64,000 nucleotides of DNA from Candidatus Bathyarchaeota archaeon (GTDB lineage: Archaea > Thermoproteota > Bathyarchaeia > Bathyarchaeales > Bathycorpusculaceae). Made by a program: the position numbers and the translations under genes. Of the stretch, positions 50,422-59,980 are shown in pieces. The notes beneath the pieces are model-generated. The model worked only from the letters and a program-made list of their open reading frames with translations. It was not told the DNA's origin and did no database searches. Numbering within the stretch: position 1 is the stretch's first letter; each line of letters opens with the position of its first letter. Location: NCBI GenBank assembly GCA_963826715.1, contig CAWGYA010000006.1:1-64000 (forward strand), in the 5' to 3' direction.

Positions 50422-50487
50422 TGATAAACATCAAGAAGCAGCGACATACATTTTTATCGTAAAATTACCATTTGGCAGTGACACAAA

Positions 50488-50913
50488 GTGGACTACACTT
50501 ATCCAACAAACGTCGCCTTCAGCTGCAATTGCTGTGGGTTATGCTGTGGCAACACTCCCAACAAGACACGTCATATTCTACTTTTGGAGCGTGAAGCAGA
50601 TGAGATTTCCGAGCAGACAGGTTTACCTATTGAAGAGTTCGCAGCTGAATCCTCAAACAGCACACCATATATGTATGAGATGAGAAAACCCTATGATGGT
50701 AAATGCTTTTTTCTCAAGGACAACCGGTGTAGCATCTATGATGCGAGACCATTAATCTGCCGATTCTACCCATTCGAGCTCCGGTACAATAAAGACAAAA
50801 ACACTCATGTTTTCAATTACACACTCGAATGCCCAGTTATCAACAAAGGCAAAACAGTGACAAAGAAGGATTTTGACGAGCTATTTTTTTTGGCTGAGCA
50901 ACGATTACGTTAG
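50488..50913 (+). CDS. YkgJ-family (CxxCxxCC) Fe-S/Zn protein
   Basis: CNCCGLCC, CFFL...CSIY.ARPLICRFYPF, ECP. Confidence 0.88.
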   Translation: MDYTYPTNVAFSCNCCGLCCGNTPNKTRHILLLEREADEISEQTGLPIEEFAAESSNSTPYMYEMRKPYDGKCFFLKDNRCSIYDARPLICRFYPFELRYNKDKNTHVFNYTLECPVINKGKTVTKKDFDELFFLAEQRLR

Positions 50914-51386
50914 ATTTGCCCCAAAACATCATTTTGTTCTATTGTGACTCCGCAATAGTAGCATTTGAGTAGCAACGGATCTTCGGTTTTAACTTGGAAT
51001 TTGGATACAATAGGTTCGTTGCTATTGCTTACACAACTGGGGTTAGTACATTTTACTATACCCTCAATGTTTTGAGGAAGTTTAACCTCCAACTTTTTTT
51101 CCACCAAGTAATTGTGAATAATGTTTATGGAGGCATGAGGTGCTACCAAGGCTATGCGGTTAACTTCCTGAGCGTTGAGTTCTTTACGCTCGATTTTTAT
51201 GATGTCTTTTACACCGAAGCTCTTGCTAGGTACATTAATTGCGATGGTCATCACCCGCCGTTCTTTTCCGGTTATCCCCAAAATTTTTACCACATCCAAA
51301 GCAAAACCGCCGCGTATGTGGTCAATAACTGTACCATCCTTGATTTTTGAAACCCGCAATTCCCGCTCGCTCAAGTTAACTCCCAA
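50910..51386 (-). CDS. pyrI: Aspartate carbamoyltransferase regulatory chain
   Basis: IKDGTVIDHI, KDIIKIE, CTNPSCVSN, CYYCG. Confidence 0.95.
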   Translation of the reverse strand: MGVNLSERELRVSKIKDGTVIDHIRGGFALDVVKILGITGKERRVMTIAINVPSKSFGVKDIIKIERKELNAQEVNRIALVAPHASINIIHNYLVEKKLEVKLPQNIEGIVKCTNPSCVSNSNEPIVSKFQVKTEDPLLLKCYYCGVTIEQNDVLGQI

Positions 51387-51441
51387 TTAGGCTATGCAGA
51401 GCTACCAAATAAGAATTTACTTACACAAGAAGAGAGAAAAG

Positions 51442-52155
51442 TTAAGAACGCAGATTAATAACAGTTGTACCTGCGAACTTGTCAAAGTACCGCATAAATG
51501 CGGGACTTCTTATGCGCCAACCCAGCAACAAATCAAAAGGCAAAAGAGGTAAAACCTTGCCAAAGTTGCGCACTGCAGCGTGGTCATAAGACATTTTTTT
51601 CCCATCAGTTCGAACCACCTTTAATCCTAGAAGACGTTTTCCAATACTTTGACCGTTAAAACCTTCTAATAGAGTTGAATAGAACCAAAGCACACCCACA
51701 GTAATGAAAAGAACTGTACTGATTTCTCCGCCTAAAAAGTCAGCCGACGAAAACGAGAAAATCTGTGGAATAATTGTGATTGCCACAGTTATGGCGAAGA
51801 TAAACGCGAAGTCAAAAACAAAAGCGAAAGCACGCTTTTCGATAGAAGCAAGCGGAAGCGAAAAGGCTTTACCCTGTACATCAGCGACTTCTGCCCAGCT
51901 ACCAACATCGTGGATAACACGGACAGCACTTTCTCCTGCTCTGCTAAGCCTATATTTGCCATTTGATGTCTGCTCTATGAAGGGCGCAAGAGAACGGAGA
52001 TGAAAGCTAAGTTTACCTGTATCAACCTTGAGCAAATTCAGCAGATCTGTGAAGGAGGATTCGCCATTGTCGCTAAGGTCAAGTAGAATTTCCCTTCGAA
52101 GAGGATGTGAAAGGACAGAAAGAACCTTTGAAACGTTTTCTTCATTCACTGCCAT
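51442..52155 (-). CDS. ArsR-type HTH fused to an RDD membrane domain
   Basis: LSHPLRREIL...GKLSFHL; ASIEKRAFAFVFD, GQSIGKRLLGLKVV, DKFAGTTV. Confidence 0.85.
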   Translation of the reverse strand: MAVNEENVSKVLSVLSHPLRREILLDLSDNGESSFTDLLNLLKVDTGKLSFHLRSLAPFIEQTSNGKYRLSRAGESAVRVIHDVGSWAEVADVQGKAFSLPLASIEKRAFAFVFDFAFIFAITVAITIIPQIFSFSSADFLGGEISTVLFITVGVLWFYSTLLEGFNGQSIGKRLLGLKVVRTDGKKMSYDHAAVRNFGKVLPLLPFDLLLGWRIRSPAFMRYFDKFAGTTVINLRS

Positions 52156-52315
52156 GCTTTAAAACCATGCACTAACCTACTAATGATACCTTTTTGAGGT
52201 AGCTCTAGCCTATAACATCTAAAGTTATAGACTCTCCCATATAAGGAACACTCAAAAAACTCTATTAAACATGAACTTAATGTGAATAATCAAAAACCCC
52301 CTAATAAACGGTTAG

Positions 52316-53221
52316 TTGATTATGTCAAGCGCCGAAAACGCAGTTCAAGTATACAGAGAGCTAGAAAGCGAAGACCTCAGAGTACTCCATATCATTGAAG
52401 CTGCCATGGCAAAACGGGAATTCGTTCCAACTGAGCAAATCCTCAAATACGCCAAAGTGCCCCTCGACCGCATCACCTTCACCTTAAGCAAACTACACAA
52501 ACTCGGCATAATATACCAAAGCAAAGGCGCCTATGTTGGCCATACTCTTAACTATGCAGGATACGATTGCCTCGCCATAAATACACTAGTTAAAGCTAAC
52601 ATCATCTCTTCATTTGGACATATCCTCGGTGTAGGCAAAGAGGCGGACGTGTACGATGCATTAAGCCAAGATGAGAAACGTATTGCCGTCAAATTCCACC
52701 GGTTAGGCAGAATCAGTTTTCGACAAACCCGCCGTAAGCGTGGTTACATCCGTGAACATTCCACCTGGCTTTTTCAGTCACATCTTGCGGCAGAGAAAGA
52801 ATTCCAAGCCATGAAGATAGTTTATGAATGTGGAGTTTCCGTGCCAGAGCCCATCAGCCAAAACCGCCATGTAATAGCAATGGGTATGATTGAAGGCGCC
52901 CAGCTGATCAAGTACAAAGATATCGGGAACCCCCAAACTGTTCTTAGGGAAATATTGAGAAACGTCAAAAAAACATACACAAAAGCGCACATTATTCATG
53001 CTGACCTTAGCGAATACAACATCATACTCGAGCCTGAAGGACACATACTGATTATCGACTGGCCACAGGCGGTTAAGACCGACCATGCCAACGCTAAGGA
53101 ACTAATGGAACGCGATCTAAAAAATGTACTTACTTATTTCAGCCGCAAATTTAGCATAGATCTAACTGTGAAAGAAGCATATGAATATGTAACAGGGGAA
53201 GCTAAAAAGCTACCCGTTTAG
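52316..53221 (+). CDS. rio2: RIO2-type serine/threonine kinase
   Basis: N-terminal wHTH, GVGKEADVY, KFHRLGRISF, HADLSEYN, IDWPQ. Confidence 0.92.
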   Translation: MIMSSAENAVQVYRELESEDLRVLHIIEAAMAKREFVPTEQILKYAKVPLDRITFTLSKLHKLGIIYQSKGAYVGHTLNYAGYDCLAINTLVKANIISSFGHILGVGKEADVYDALSQDEKRIAVKFHRLGRISFRQTRRKRGYIREHSTWLFQSHLAAEKEFQAMKIVYECGVSVPEPISQNRHVIAMGMIEGAQLIKYKDIGNPQTVLREILRNVKKTYTKAHIIHADLSEYNIILEPEGHILIIDWPQAVKTDHANAKELMERDLKNVLTYFSRKFSIDLTVKEAYEYVTGEAKKLPV

Positions 53222-53463
53222 TGTATATTCGCGTTTAAAACTATGTAAAGGATGTTGTTTCCGCGGAGCAACACGTTACCATAGTTAGTCATGAGCTGGT
53301 CTTCTTTGAATTCAGTGGCGCCTTCCAAGAGAAGGTTCATGTGCCCGTCGCACTTAATCATTTTACCTTTGTATTCATAGCCGTTTTTGAGAACAACTTC
53401 AATGTTACCATGCAATTGTTTAATGAGCACGTTTAATGGTTTTTTACTTGGTTCCATCATCAT
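53218..53463 (-). CDS. Sm-like archaeal protein (SmAP/LSm)
   Basis: VVLKNG...GKM..CDGHMNLLL...LRGNNI. Confidence 0.9.
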   Translation of the reverse strand: MMMEPSKKPLNVLIKQLHGNIEVVLKNGYEYKGKMIKCDGHMNLLLEGATEFKEDQLMTNYGNVLLRGNNILYIVLNANIH

Positions 53464-53643
53464 GTCGATGACCTTGTCCATTCCTTGTATTACCCATGAT
53501 CCTCTTACCAAATATAAAAGGCTTATGAAAAACATTCCAAAACGGTATAAACAAAAGAGTGCTTCATAAGCATAAAATGCTTAATTTGAAAAAATACGCA
53601 ACTAAATTTTTTCTGAGGTCCTTTAAAATAAAAAATGGTGGTT

Positions 53644-53898
53644 CTAAAGTTTTGAAAGTATCGATAGGGCAGCAACCACAAGGAATGCTATACCAGTCCA
53701 AAACAAATCTCCACCTGTTAAAAAATAAACAACTATTGCAACAAGAATCGCTGGTATAAGCACTATGAAGAGCTTGATGAGGACAATTATCACTAAACCT
53801 ATGATTACAAGGATAATTAGAAATGTTAAGTCCAATCCTCCGAGCCCCAGACTACTAAGTATGGAGTAGACCATTGCCATCAGAATAGGAAGTGTCAT
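53644..53898 (-). CDS. Small hydrophobic membrane protein
   Basis: AGGAG SD; 84 aa, almost entirely hydrophobic. Confidence 0.7.
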   Translation of the reverse strand: MTLPILMAMVYSILSSLGLGGLDLTFLIILVIIGLVIIVLIKLFIVLIPAILVAIVVYFLTGGDLFWTGIAFLVVAALSILSKL

Positions 53899-53961
53899 AT
53901 TTTTTCTCCTTAAAGAAAAATCAATAATATGAAAGTAATATAGTTTTCCAAACTGGCTACG

Positions 53962-54432
53962 CTAACTCATTTTTCCGTGCAGTTTAGTAAGAACCTCTTG
54001 CTCAACCCATTTTTCTCCCTGCAGTGTCAATTTAAAGTCAGGTTTGCTGGGATCAGGCTTAAAAACTTGACCACGCTTTGTCATCTCGTTAACCCGCGCT
54101 GGAACCATAACTTTTAAACCGCTTGACTCAAGGAGCTTTTGCACCTGCGCCGCCGTGTTCTTCCTATCATCTGAAGCATACAAAATGAGTCCAACAGATT
54201 CGTAATGCGTAAGATTTTCTCGAGTAACTATAACGGGACCTTCAGTTGTTGCTTCAACTATGCCCTTAAGCTGGGCACCTGAGGGTGTTAAGCGGTTCGC
54301 AACGAAGTCGGAGAGTTTCTCAACGAAGTCTTCAGGCATGTCAGCAAGCACATCGAGAATTTCCCTTGGAGTATCAGCTTGTATAACGACTTCGCCAAAA
54401 GCAGTTTTTACACGAGCTTCAATATACTTCAA
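53962..54432 (-). CDS. Hypothetical protein with C-terminal wHTH-like region
   Basis: GAGGT SD and TTG start; downstream of gatE. Confidence 0.7.
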   Translation of the reverse strand: MKYIEARVKTAFGEVVIQADTPREILDVLADMPEDFVEKLSDFVANRLTPSGAQLKGIVEATTEGPVIVTRENLTHYESVGLILYASDDRKNTAAQVQKLLESSGLKVMVPARVNEMTKRGQVFKPDPSKPDFKLTLQGEKWVEQEVLTKLHGKMS

Positions 54433-54500
54433 ATAGACGACCTCGATTAAAGTTATACGTCTAGATTACTTTTAGGATTTGCGGCTAAAACAAAAAGATA

Positions 54501-56399
54501 TCATTTGAGCCTCTCCCGAAGCAACTTCCCAACGAGTTCGGGGTTAGCTTTGCCTCGAACTTCTTTCATAGCGGCACCCATCAGCATACCAAAAACATTC
54601 TTTCCAAGGTTTGCAATTTGAATTTGGTTGGCCAAGATTATACGATCAATCACCGGCACTAAATCTTCTTCAGTGAACATTTTCAATCCCAAAGCAGCAG
54701 TTGCTTCGACTACGGTTTTACCTTCATTTTTAGCAATCCAGCTAAACACATCTGAGAGAGCTTCTTTAGCAAGTTCACCGGAGTCTACTGCTGCAAAGAT
54801 GCCACGAATTTGGTCGTCGGAAACATTTTCCACTAGAACACCATCGCGTTTAAGTGCCTTCAAGGTTTCTGTTAGAAACGCAGCCACTGAAGATGTTGCA
54901 ACCCTGCTAGTTCGAGCAGTTTCCTCAAAGATCCCTATGTATTCAGAGTCGACAAGCTGCTTGGCAAGTTTCTCGTTTAACCCATATTGCTCGACTAGCC
55001 GCGCAAGTTTTTTGTCGGCGGGGTCAGGCAAATTATCCTTAATGGCTTCAACAAGCTCAGTAGTTATCTCTTGTGGCGGTATATCAGTTTCAGGATACAT
55101 GCGAGCGGCACCAGGGCGCGGACGCATATACCGGGTCGTACCATCATCCTTAGCGGTACGCGTCTCCTGAGGTATTCCCAAGCAGGCTTCCTGCGCCCGG
55201 TCCACGACAGCTTTGAGAGCGCCACTAGTATTTTCTACGGTGTCAGCCACGAAAATCACAGCGTCACGCTCTCCTGCAAAGGCTGCCTTTCGAAGTGCAG
55301 CTATCTCTTCGGAGGTAATGCCGTAGTTCGCGAGGTTTTCGTCAGTATGAAAAATGCCGCCAACTCTACCCCAGAATTTAGCGCGATCTGAGAGTTCGCT
55401 CCCAAATCTGAAGTTAGGCATCAACTCTTTTCCGGTTAAACCTGCAAACCCCGGGAGCTTTACAGCAAGAACCTTTTGTTTTTTATCTACTGCCTTGCGG
55501 ATAACCTTACTCTTAGTTTCCTTAAAAATAGCAGTTACGTCTACAAAGTCCGCCTTAAGCGATTCTGCGGTGATACCGCGCTTGGCGAGTTCCCCTATGA
55601 TGGCGATTAAGCCTAGCTGCCGTTGAACCTCATAATCAACCACCGTAGAAATAAGCTCAAGCTCCTGCACACCTTTGATTTCGATAAGGGCACCATTTGG
55701 CAAAGAAACGTTTAGGTCCTGACGAATAGTTCCCAATCCCCGCATAACCTTACCTGTGTCACGCAATATTCTACCTATAGCAAACGCGACTTCTTGGGCT
55801 TCCTGTGGAGAGTAAATCACAGGTGCTGTAGCGACTTCAATTAGAGGGATCCCGAGACGGTCAATGCGGTAGCGAATAGTTTTCCCTTCATCCTGCGTTC
55901 CAGTTTTGCGAGCAGCGTCCTCTTCAAGACTAGCGGCTTGCATAGGGATGGTTTTATCGCCAACTTTTATCCAGCCATCAAGAGCAATAATAGCAGTACG
56001 TTGAAACCCCGTTGTATTGGAACCATCTATAACGGTTTTACGCATTACATGTACTTCGTCAACAGGCTGCATATTCATCATCAAAGAAGCCGTTAAAACA
56101 ACTTTCACCGCTTCAAAATCAATTGGATGCGGCGGTTCCTCGTCCATCTCAACAAGACAGCTGCTTTGACTATTGGCTTCGTAGAGGATTCTAACGCCTT
56201 TCTGGAACTCAAAGTAAGCGGCAGGGTCCACTTGCCCAAGTTCGCTCTGGGTGGGTCTTAGGCGGCGCAGAAAAGTTATTTCGGGTTCTTCCTTGAACAA
56301 AATAGGGGGACAACTACAGAATAGTTTGCTGTTAACTGCAAGTTGCTGATGTATCTCTAAACCGACTTTTAAGCCAACTTTGGCATAATCAATGGTCAT
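54501..56399 (-). CDS. gatE: Glu-tRNA(Gln) amidotransferase subunit E
   Basis: GLEIHQQL, DGSNTTGFQRT, GTIRQDLNVS, RMYPETD. Confidence 0.96.
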   Translation of the reverse strand: MTIDYAKVGLKVGLEIHQQLAVNSKLFCSCPPILFKEEPEITFLRRLRPTQSELGQVDPAAYFEFQKGVRILYEANSQSSCLVEMDEEPPHPIDFEAVKVVLTASLMMNMQPVDEVHVMRKTVIDGSNTTGFQRTAIIALDGWIKVGDKTIPMQAASLEEDAARKTGTQDEGKTIRYRIDRLGIPLIEVATAPVIYSPQEAQEVAFAIGRILRDTGKVMRGLGTIRQDLNVSLPNGALIEIKGVQELELISTVVDYEVQRQLGLIAIIGELAKRGITAESLKADFVDVTAIFKETKSKVIRKAVDKKQKVLAVKLPGFAGLTGKELMPNFRFGSELSDRAKFWGRVGGIFHTDENLANYGITSEEIAALRKAAFAGERDAVIFVADTVENTSGALKAVVDRAQEACLGIPQETRTAKDDGTTRYMRPRPGAARMYPETDIPPQEITTELVEAIKDNLPDPADKKLARLVEQYGLNEKLAKQLVDSEYIGIFEETARTSRVATSSVAAFLTETLKALKRDGVLVENVSDDQIRGIFAAVDSGELAKEALSDVFSWIAKNEGKTVVEATAALGLKMFTEEDLVPVIDRIILANQIQIANLGKNVFGMLMGAAMKEVRGKANPELVGKLLRERLK

Positions 56400-57752
56400 T
56401 TATCGGTCTCCTTCAAACGTAAGCGACCCCTCTTGGGGTAGCGTGCGAGATGAGTATTCTCCTGCGATATTGGTTTTCAGTAATTTGATTGCTTCTTGAG
56501 GGTCTTCGGTTTGTCCCAATGACCACATAAGTTTTACTAACGCTGTTTCAGGAAACATGTTCTCAAGTGGCACCACGCCAAACGATTGCAGATCTCGACC
56601 TGTGTCATAGACGTTCATATTCACCCTACCCCAAATGCACTGAGAAGCCAAAGCAATCACCAAACCTTCTGCTGAGGCGCGTTTGATGGCGTCAAAGCAG
56701 TATTTGTTCACATGCCCCAACCCCGAACCTTCCAAAAGGATACCTTTCATGCCTCGTTTAACGTAGAAGTCGATGACTGCTGGATCAAGTCCCGGATGGA
56801 ATTTAACTAATGCTACTTTGTCGCTGAATTTTGGTTTTAGGGTTAGTTTGCGGTTCGGGTCTCTTTTCTGGTAGTTACCGTTTATCATGGTTACTTGGAG
56901 GTTTTGGACTTTTGCTATGGGGAAACCGTTGATGGATTTGAAGGTGTCTCTGCGGCTAGTATGACATTTGCGCACCTTGACTCCACGATGTACTACGATT
57001 GCGGTGTCAGAAACCGTCTGGTGCATGGCTAAGCCGACTTCGGCAAACGGTGCTTGGCCTGCAGCTTTTACTGCGGCTATGAGGTTGGTTGCTGCGTCGC
57101 TACTTGGGCGATCAGAAGAGCGTTGAGCACCAACCAGGATAACAGGAACAGGTAAGTTCTGAATTGCAAAACTCAATGCCGCTGAAGTATATGCCATTGT
57201 GTCGGTACCATGTGCAATCACAACACCGTCCACGCCCTCGTCTATGCGCTGTGACACTTTTTTTGCGAGTTCTGTCCAGTCTTGCGGACGGAGGTTTTCG
57301 CTGTAGATGCTGAAAACAATTTCTGTGTCCACACGTGCGACATCGGCTAGCTCAGGCACTACACCGTAGAGGTCACTTGCAGACATGGCGGAACGGACGG
57401 CTCCCGTGCGGTAATCCACGCGGCTGGCTATGGTTCCACCGGTACTCATTATAACTACATGTGGCAGGTTAGGGTTCTGCTTTGGCAATGGAGGCGCGAC
57501 AAAAGTGGGTTTTGGTCCAATACCAATTTTCTCAACCTTAACTTCGGATGTGGCTTCTATACCGATGTTGTAACCGCTCTTCATTTTGATTATTATAGCT
57601 GAGCCTTCCCCGAAGCGGGGGATAAGGATACCCTCCAAGGTTTTACCTTTACTATTGACTTTTAAAATGTCGCCGACACTACAATCTGCCATCTTTAACA
57701 TCTCTAGTGCCTTGCCTCGGTAACCTGAAGCTTCAAGATCACTCATATTCAA
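56400..57752 (-). CDS. gatD: Glu-tRNA(Gln) amidotransferase subunit D
   Basis: KSGYNIG, STGGTIASRVDYRTG, HGTDT, QRSSDRPSSD. Confidence 0.96.
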   Translation of the reverse strand: MNMSDLEASGYRGKALEMLKMADCSVGDILKVNSKGKTLEGILIPRFGEGSAIIIKMKSGYNIGIEATSEVKVEKIGIGPKPTFVAPPLPKQNPNLPHVVIMSTGGTIASRVDYRTGAVRSAMSASDLYGVVPELADVARVDTEIVFSIYSENLRPQDWTELAKKVSQRIDEGVDGVVIAHGTDTMAYTSAALSFAIQNLPVPVILVGAQRSSDRPSSDAATNLIAAVKAAGQAPFAEVGLAMHQTVSDTAIVVHRGVKVRKCHTSRRDTFKSINGFPIAKVQNLQVTMINGNYQKRDPNRKLTLKPKFSDKVALVKFHPGLDPAVIDFYVKRGMKGILLEGSGLGHVNKYCFDAIKRASAEGLVIALASQCIWGRVNMNVYDTGRDLQSFGVVPLENMFPETALVKLMWSLGQTEDPQEAIKLLKTNIAGEYSSRTLPQEGSLTFEGDR

Positions 57753-59341
57753 TTAAGCCTCTTTGAAACGTAAACTCCATCACGCCTGTAACCCAAACGC
57801 ATGTAGTATCGTCTTGTTCCTAACGCACTAATAACTAAAAGCTTTTCCAATCCAAAATCCACTCGTGCAATCCGCTCAGCCTCAGCCAAAAGTTCCTTGC
57901 CAAAACCCCGATGCTGCCATGCGCTGGCTGAATGTTTGCCAACAGGAACAAGAGGACCATAAACATGCAATTCCCTCACGATAGCACATGAGACTTCGGT
58001 AATTTCAGGTCTATGTGCCTTCTCGGAGGGTATACGCATACGCACATAACCTAAAAGCACATTATTTTCGGGGTCTTCAGCCGAAATGAAAACTTCGGTG
58101 CCCCCTGAAGCGCTATACCGTTGAGTTAAGATTTTAACTTTTTCAATATCAGGCCTCACATGATCAACTGCTAAGCGGTGCCCCACTTCACGACAACGGA
58201 TACACTGGCACTGCCCACCTTGCTCTTTTAGTCGTTTCTGCGCAAGCTCCCGCACATCACTTCGTTTTACCCCAGCTAAAATCAATCTTGCAGGGATATC
58301 ACGTTGCACACGCATCACCCTCACCCACGGGGGGATTGTTTTTTTGATTTCTGCAATCAAAGAAGTAGCTTCCTCGGTTGTATAAGGCGTGTAGGTGCCC
58401 TGATGGTACCATTCATAAGCTTTGGTGCCTGCGATGGCTAGACATGGATAGATTTTAATCATGTCTGGCTTAAACATAGAATCAGTAAAAATTCGATGAA
58501 ATGCCAATTCATCTTTTGGTTTATTGGAACCTGGCATTCCAGGCATCATGTGGTAAACAATCTTTAATCCTGAATCTTTAGCGATTTGAGTTGCCTCAAT
58601 CACGTCTGCGACGGAGTGGGTTCTGCCTACTAAGTTGTAGATTTGGTCATCTGGGTTTTGAACACCAAGTTCAATGCGAGTTACGCCCATTTCAAGCATA
58701 GCATCAATGTGAAGTTGCTTTGCCCAGTCAGGGCGAGTTTCAACTGTAATGCCGACAATACGGATTTTACTGACCTCTGCGTTTGCTTTGGCTTCCTCCA
58801 AACTATCTGAGTTTTTGCCGGTGATAGCATCAAGGCAACGCTGAATAAACCATGTTTGATAATCTAAGGGTGTCGCAGGGAAGGTTCCGCCCATAATAAT
58901 GAGTTCAATTTTGTCGACTTTGTGCCCAATCGCCGTAAGTTGATGTTTGCGATTCTGTACTTGCATGTAGGGATCAAAAGAATTTTGGCTACCACGCAGC
59001 GCTGCTGGTTCATATCCTGTGTAACTTTGGGGCGAACCAATTGTCGGTCCACCGGGACAGTAAGCGCATGGTTCAGGCTGAGGGCAGGGATAGGGTTTGG
59101 TCATGGTGGCGATAACGGTTACTCCACTGATGGCTCGAGTGTTTTTTCGCCTAATGATTGGGAGTAGCTTCTTGGCTTCTGATGCTGACAAAGCCTTAAT
59201 CAAATCAGCGTTAGAAGGCACTGCTTCAAGTCGATATTTGGCTGCGACCTTGATCTTTAGGCGATTAACATCATCACTTGTAGGTGAGGACGCAGAAAGT
59301 AGAGTAGTTATGATTTCTCGGAGCGCAATTTGATTAGTCAA
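57749..59341 (-). CDS. elp3: Elp3 tRNA U34 acetyltransferase (radical SAM + GNAT)
   Basis: CPQPEPCAYCPGG, QSYTG, ETRPD, ELGVQ, RELHVYG, QHRGFG. Confidence 0.95.
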   Translation of the reverse strand: MTNQIALREIITTLLSASSPTSDDVNRLKIKVAAKYRLEAVPSNADLIKALSASEAKKLLPIIRRKNTRAISGVTVIATMTKPYPCPQPEPCAYCPGGPTIGSPQSYTGYEPAALRGSQNSFDPYMQVQNRKHQLTAIGHKVDKIELIIMGGTFPATPLDYQTWFIQRCLDAITGKNSDSLEEAKANAEVSKIRIVGITVETRPDWAKQLHIDAMLEMGVTRIELGVQNPDDQIYNLVGRTHSVADVIEATQIAKDSGLKIVYHMMPGMPGSNKPKDELAFHRIFTDSMFKPDMIKIYPCLAIAGTKAYEWYHQGTYTPYTTEEATSLIAEIKKTIPPWVRVMRVQRDIPARLILAGVKRSDVRELAQKRLKEQGGQCQCIRCREVGHRLAVDHVRPDIEKVKILTQRYSASGGTEVFISAEDPENNVLLGYVRMRIPSEKAHRPEITEVSCAIVRELHVYGPLVPVGKHSASAWQHRGFGKELLAEAERIARVDFGLEKLLVISALGTRRYYMRLGYRRDGVYVSKRLN

Positions 59342-59422
59342 GACGGCTATACCAAAATCAAGTTCTATTTACAAATAAATAAACCGTTACATATACAAAA
59401 ACTGAAAATAAAAGAAAAGAGG

Positions 59423-59584
59423 TTACATCCAGTTTTGGCCTGCTTTGCGCTGCAGAATCACACGCTTCTCATAGTTGCGTCTGGTTCTGTTTTTTGGGCT
59501 TGGAGCAGTCCTTTCTTGAGCTTGAATTTTAGGTGTTTGAGACCTAACTTTTCCAGCTTTTGAGAGTGAACCGTGAGTTGGCAA
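59423..59584 (-). CDS. rps30e: 30S ribosomal protein S30e
   Basis: Manual translation [53 protein letters not shown]; below the ORF-track cutoff. Confidence 0.95.
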   Translation of the reverse strand: MPTHGSLSKAGKVRSQTPKIQAQERTAPSPKNRTRRNYEKRVILQRKAGQNWM

Positions 59585-59980
59585 TACATTACACCTTTGA
59601 CGGATAAATCCTAAACGTTGCCTTTAAACCTTTAGCTACCCAGACGTACTTTAAAGAAACAATGTAGCCTCAAACGCCTAAAAAATAGCCCCATCCTTCC
59701 TCAGGTTTGCTACATCAATATTTAGCCCTTAAACTTGAACGTTTTAAAATTTCAAGGCATCAAATAAGTCGAAGATTTAAGAGGGTGAATAAAAGATTGG
59801 AAAAAGAATTCGGTGGCAGGAAAGCGTGGATAATAATGGACACTGACTATCTTTGAGTTTGAAGTTTGGTCGAAGAAGAAAAGAAATACCGTTAGTAACA
59901 CCTCTACCTTAGAGTATGCATAACCTTTATGCAATCCTCTTGTAGCAACAATATTAAGCCAATGGATCGTTGAGGTAATC

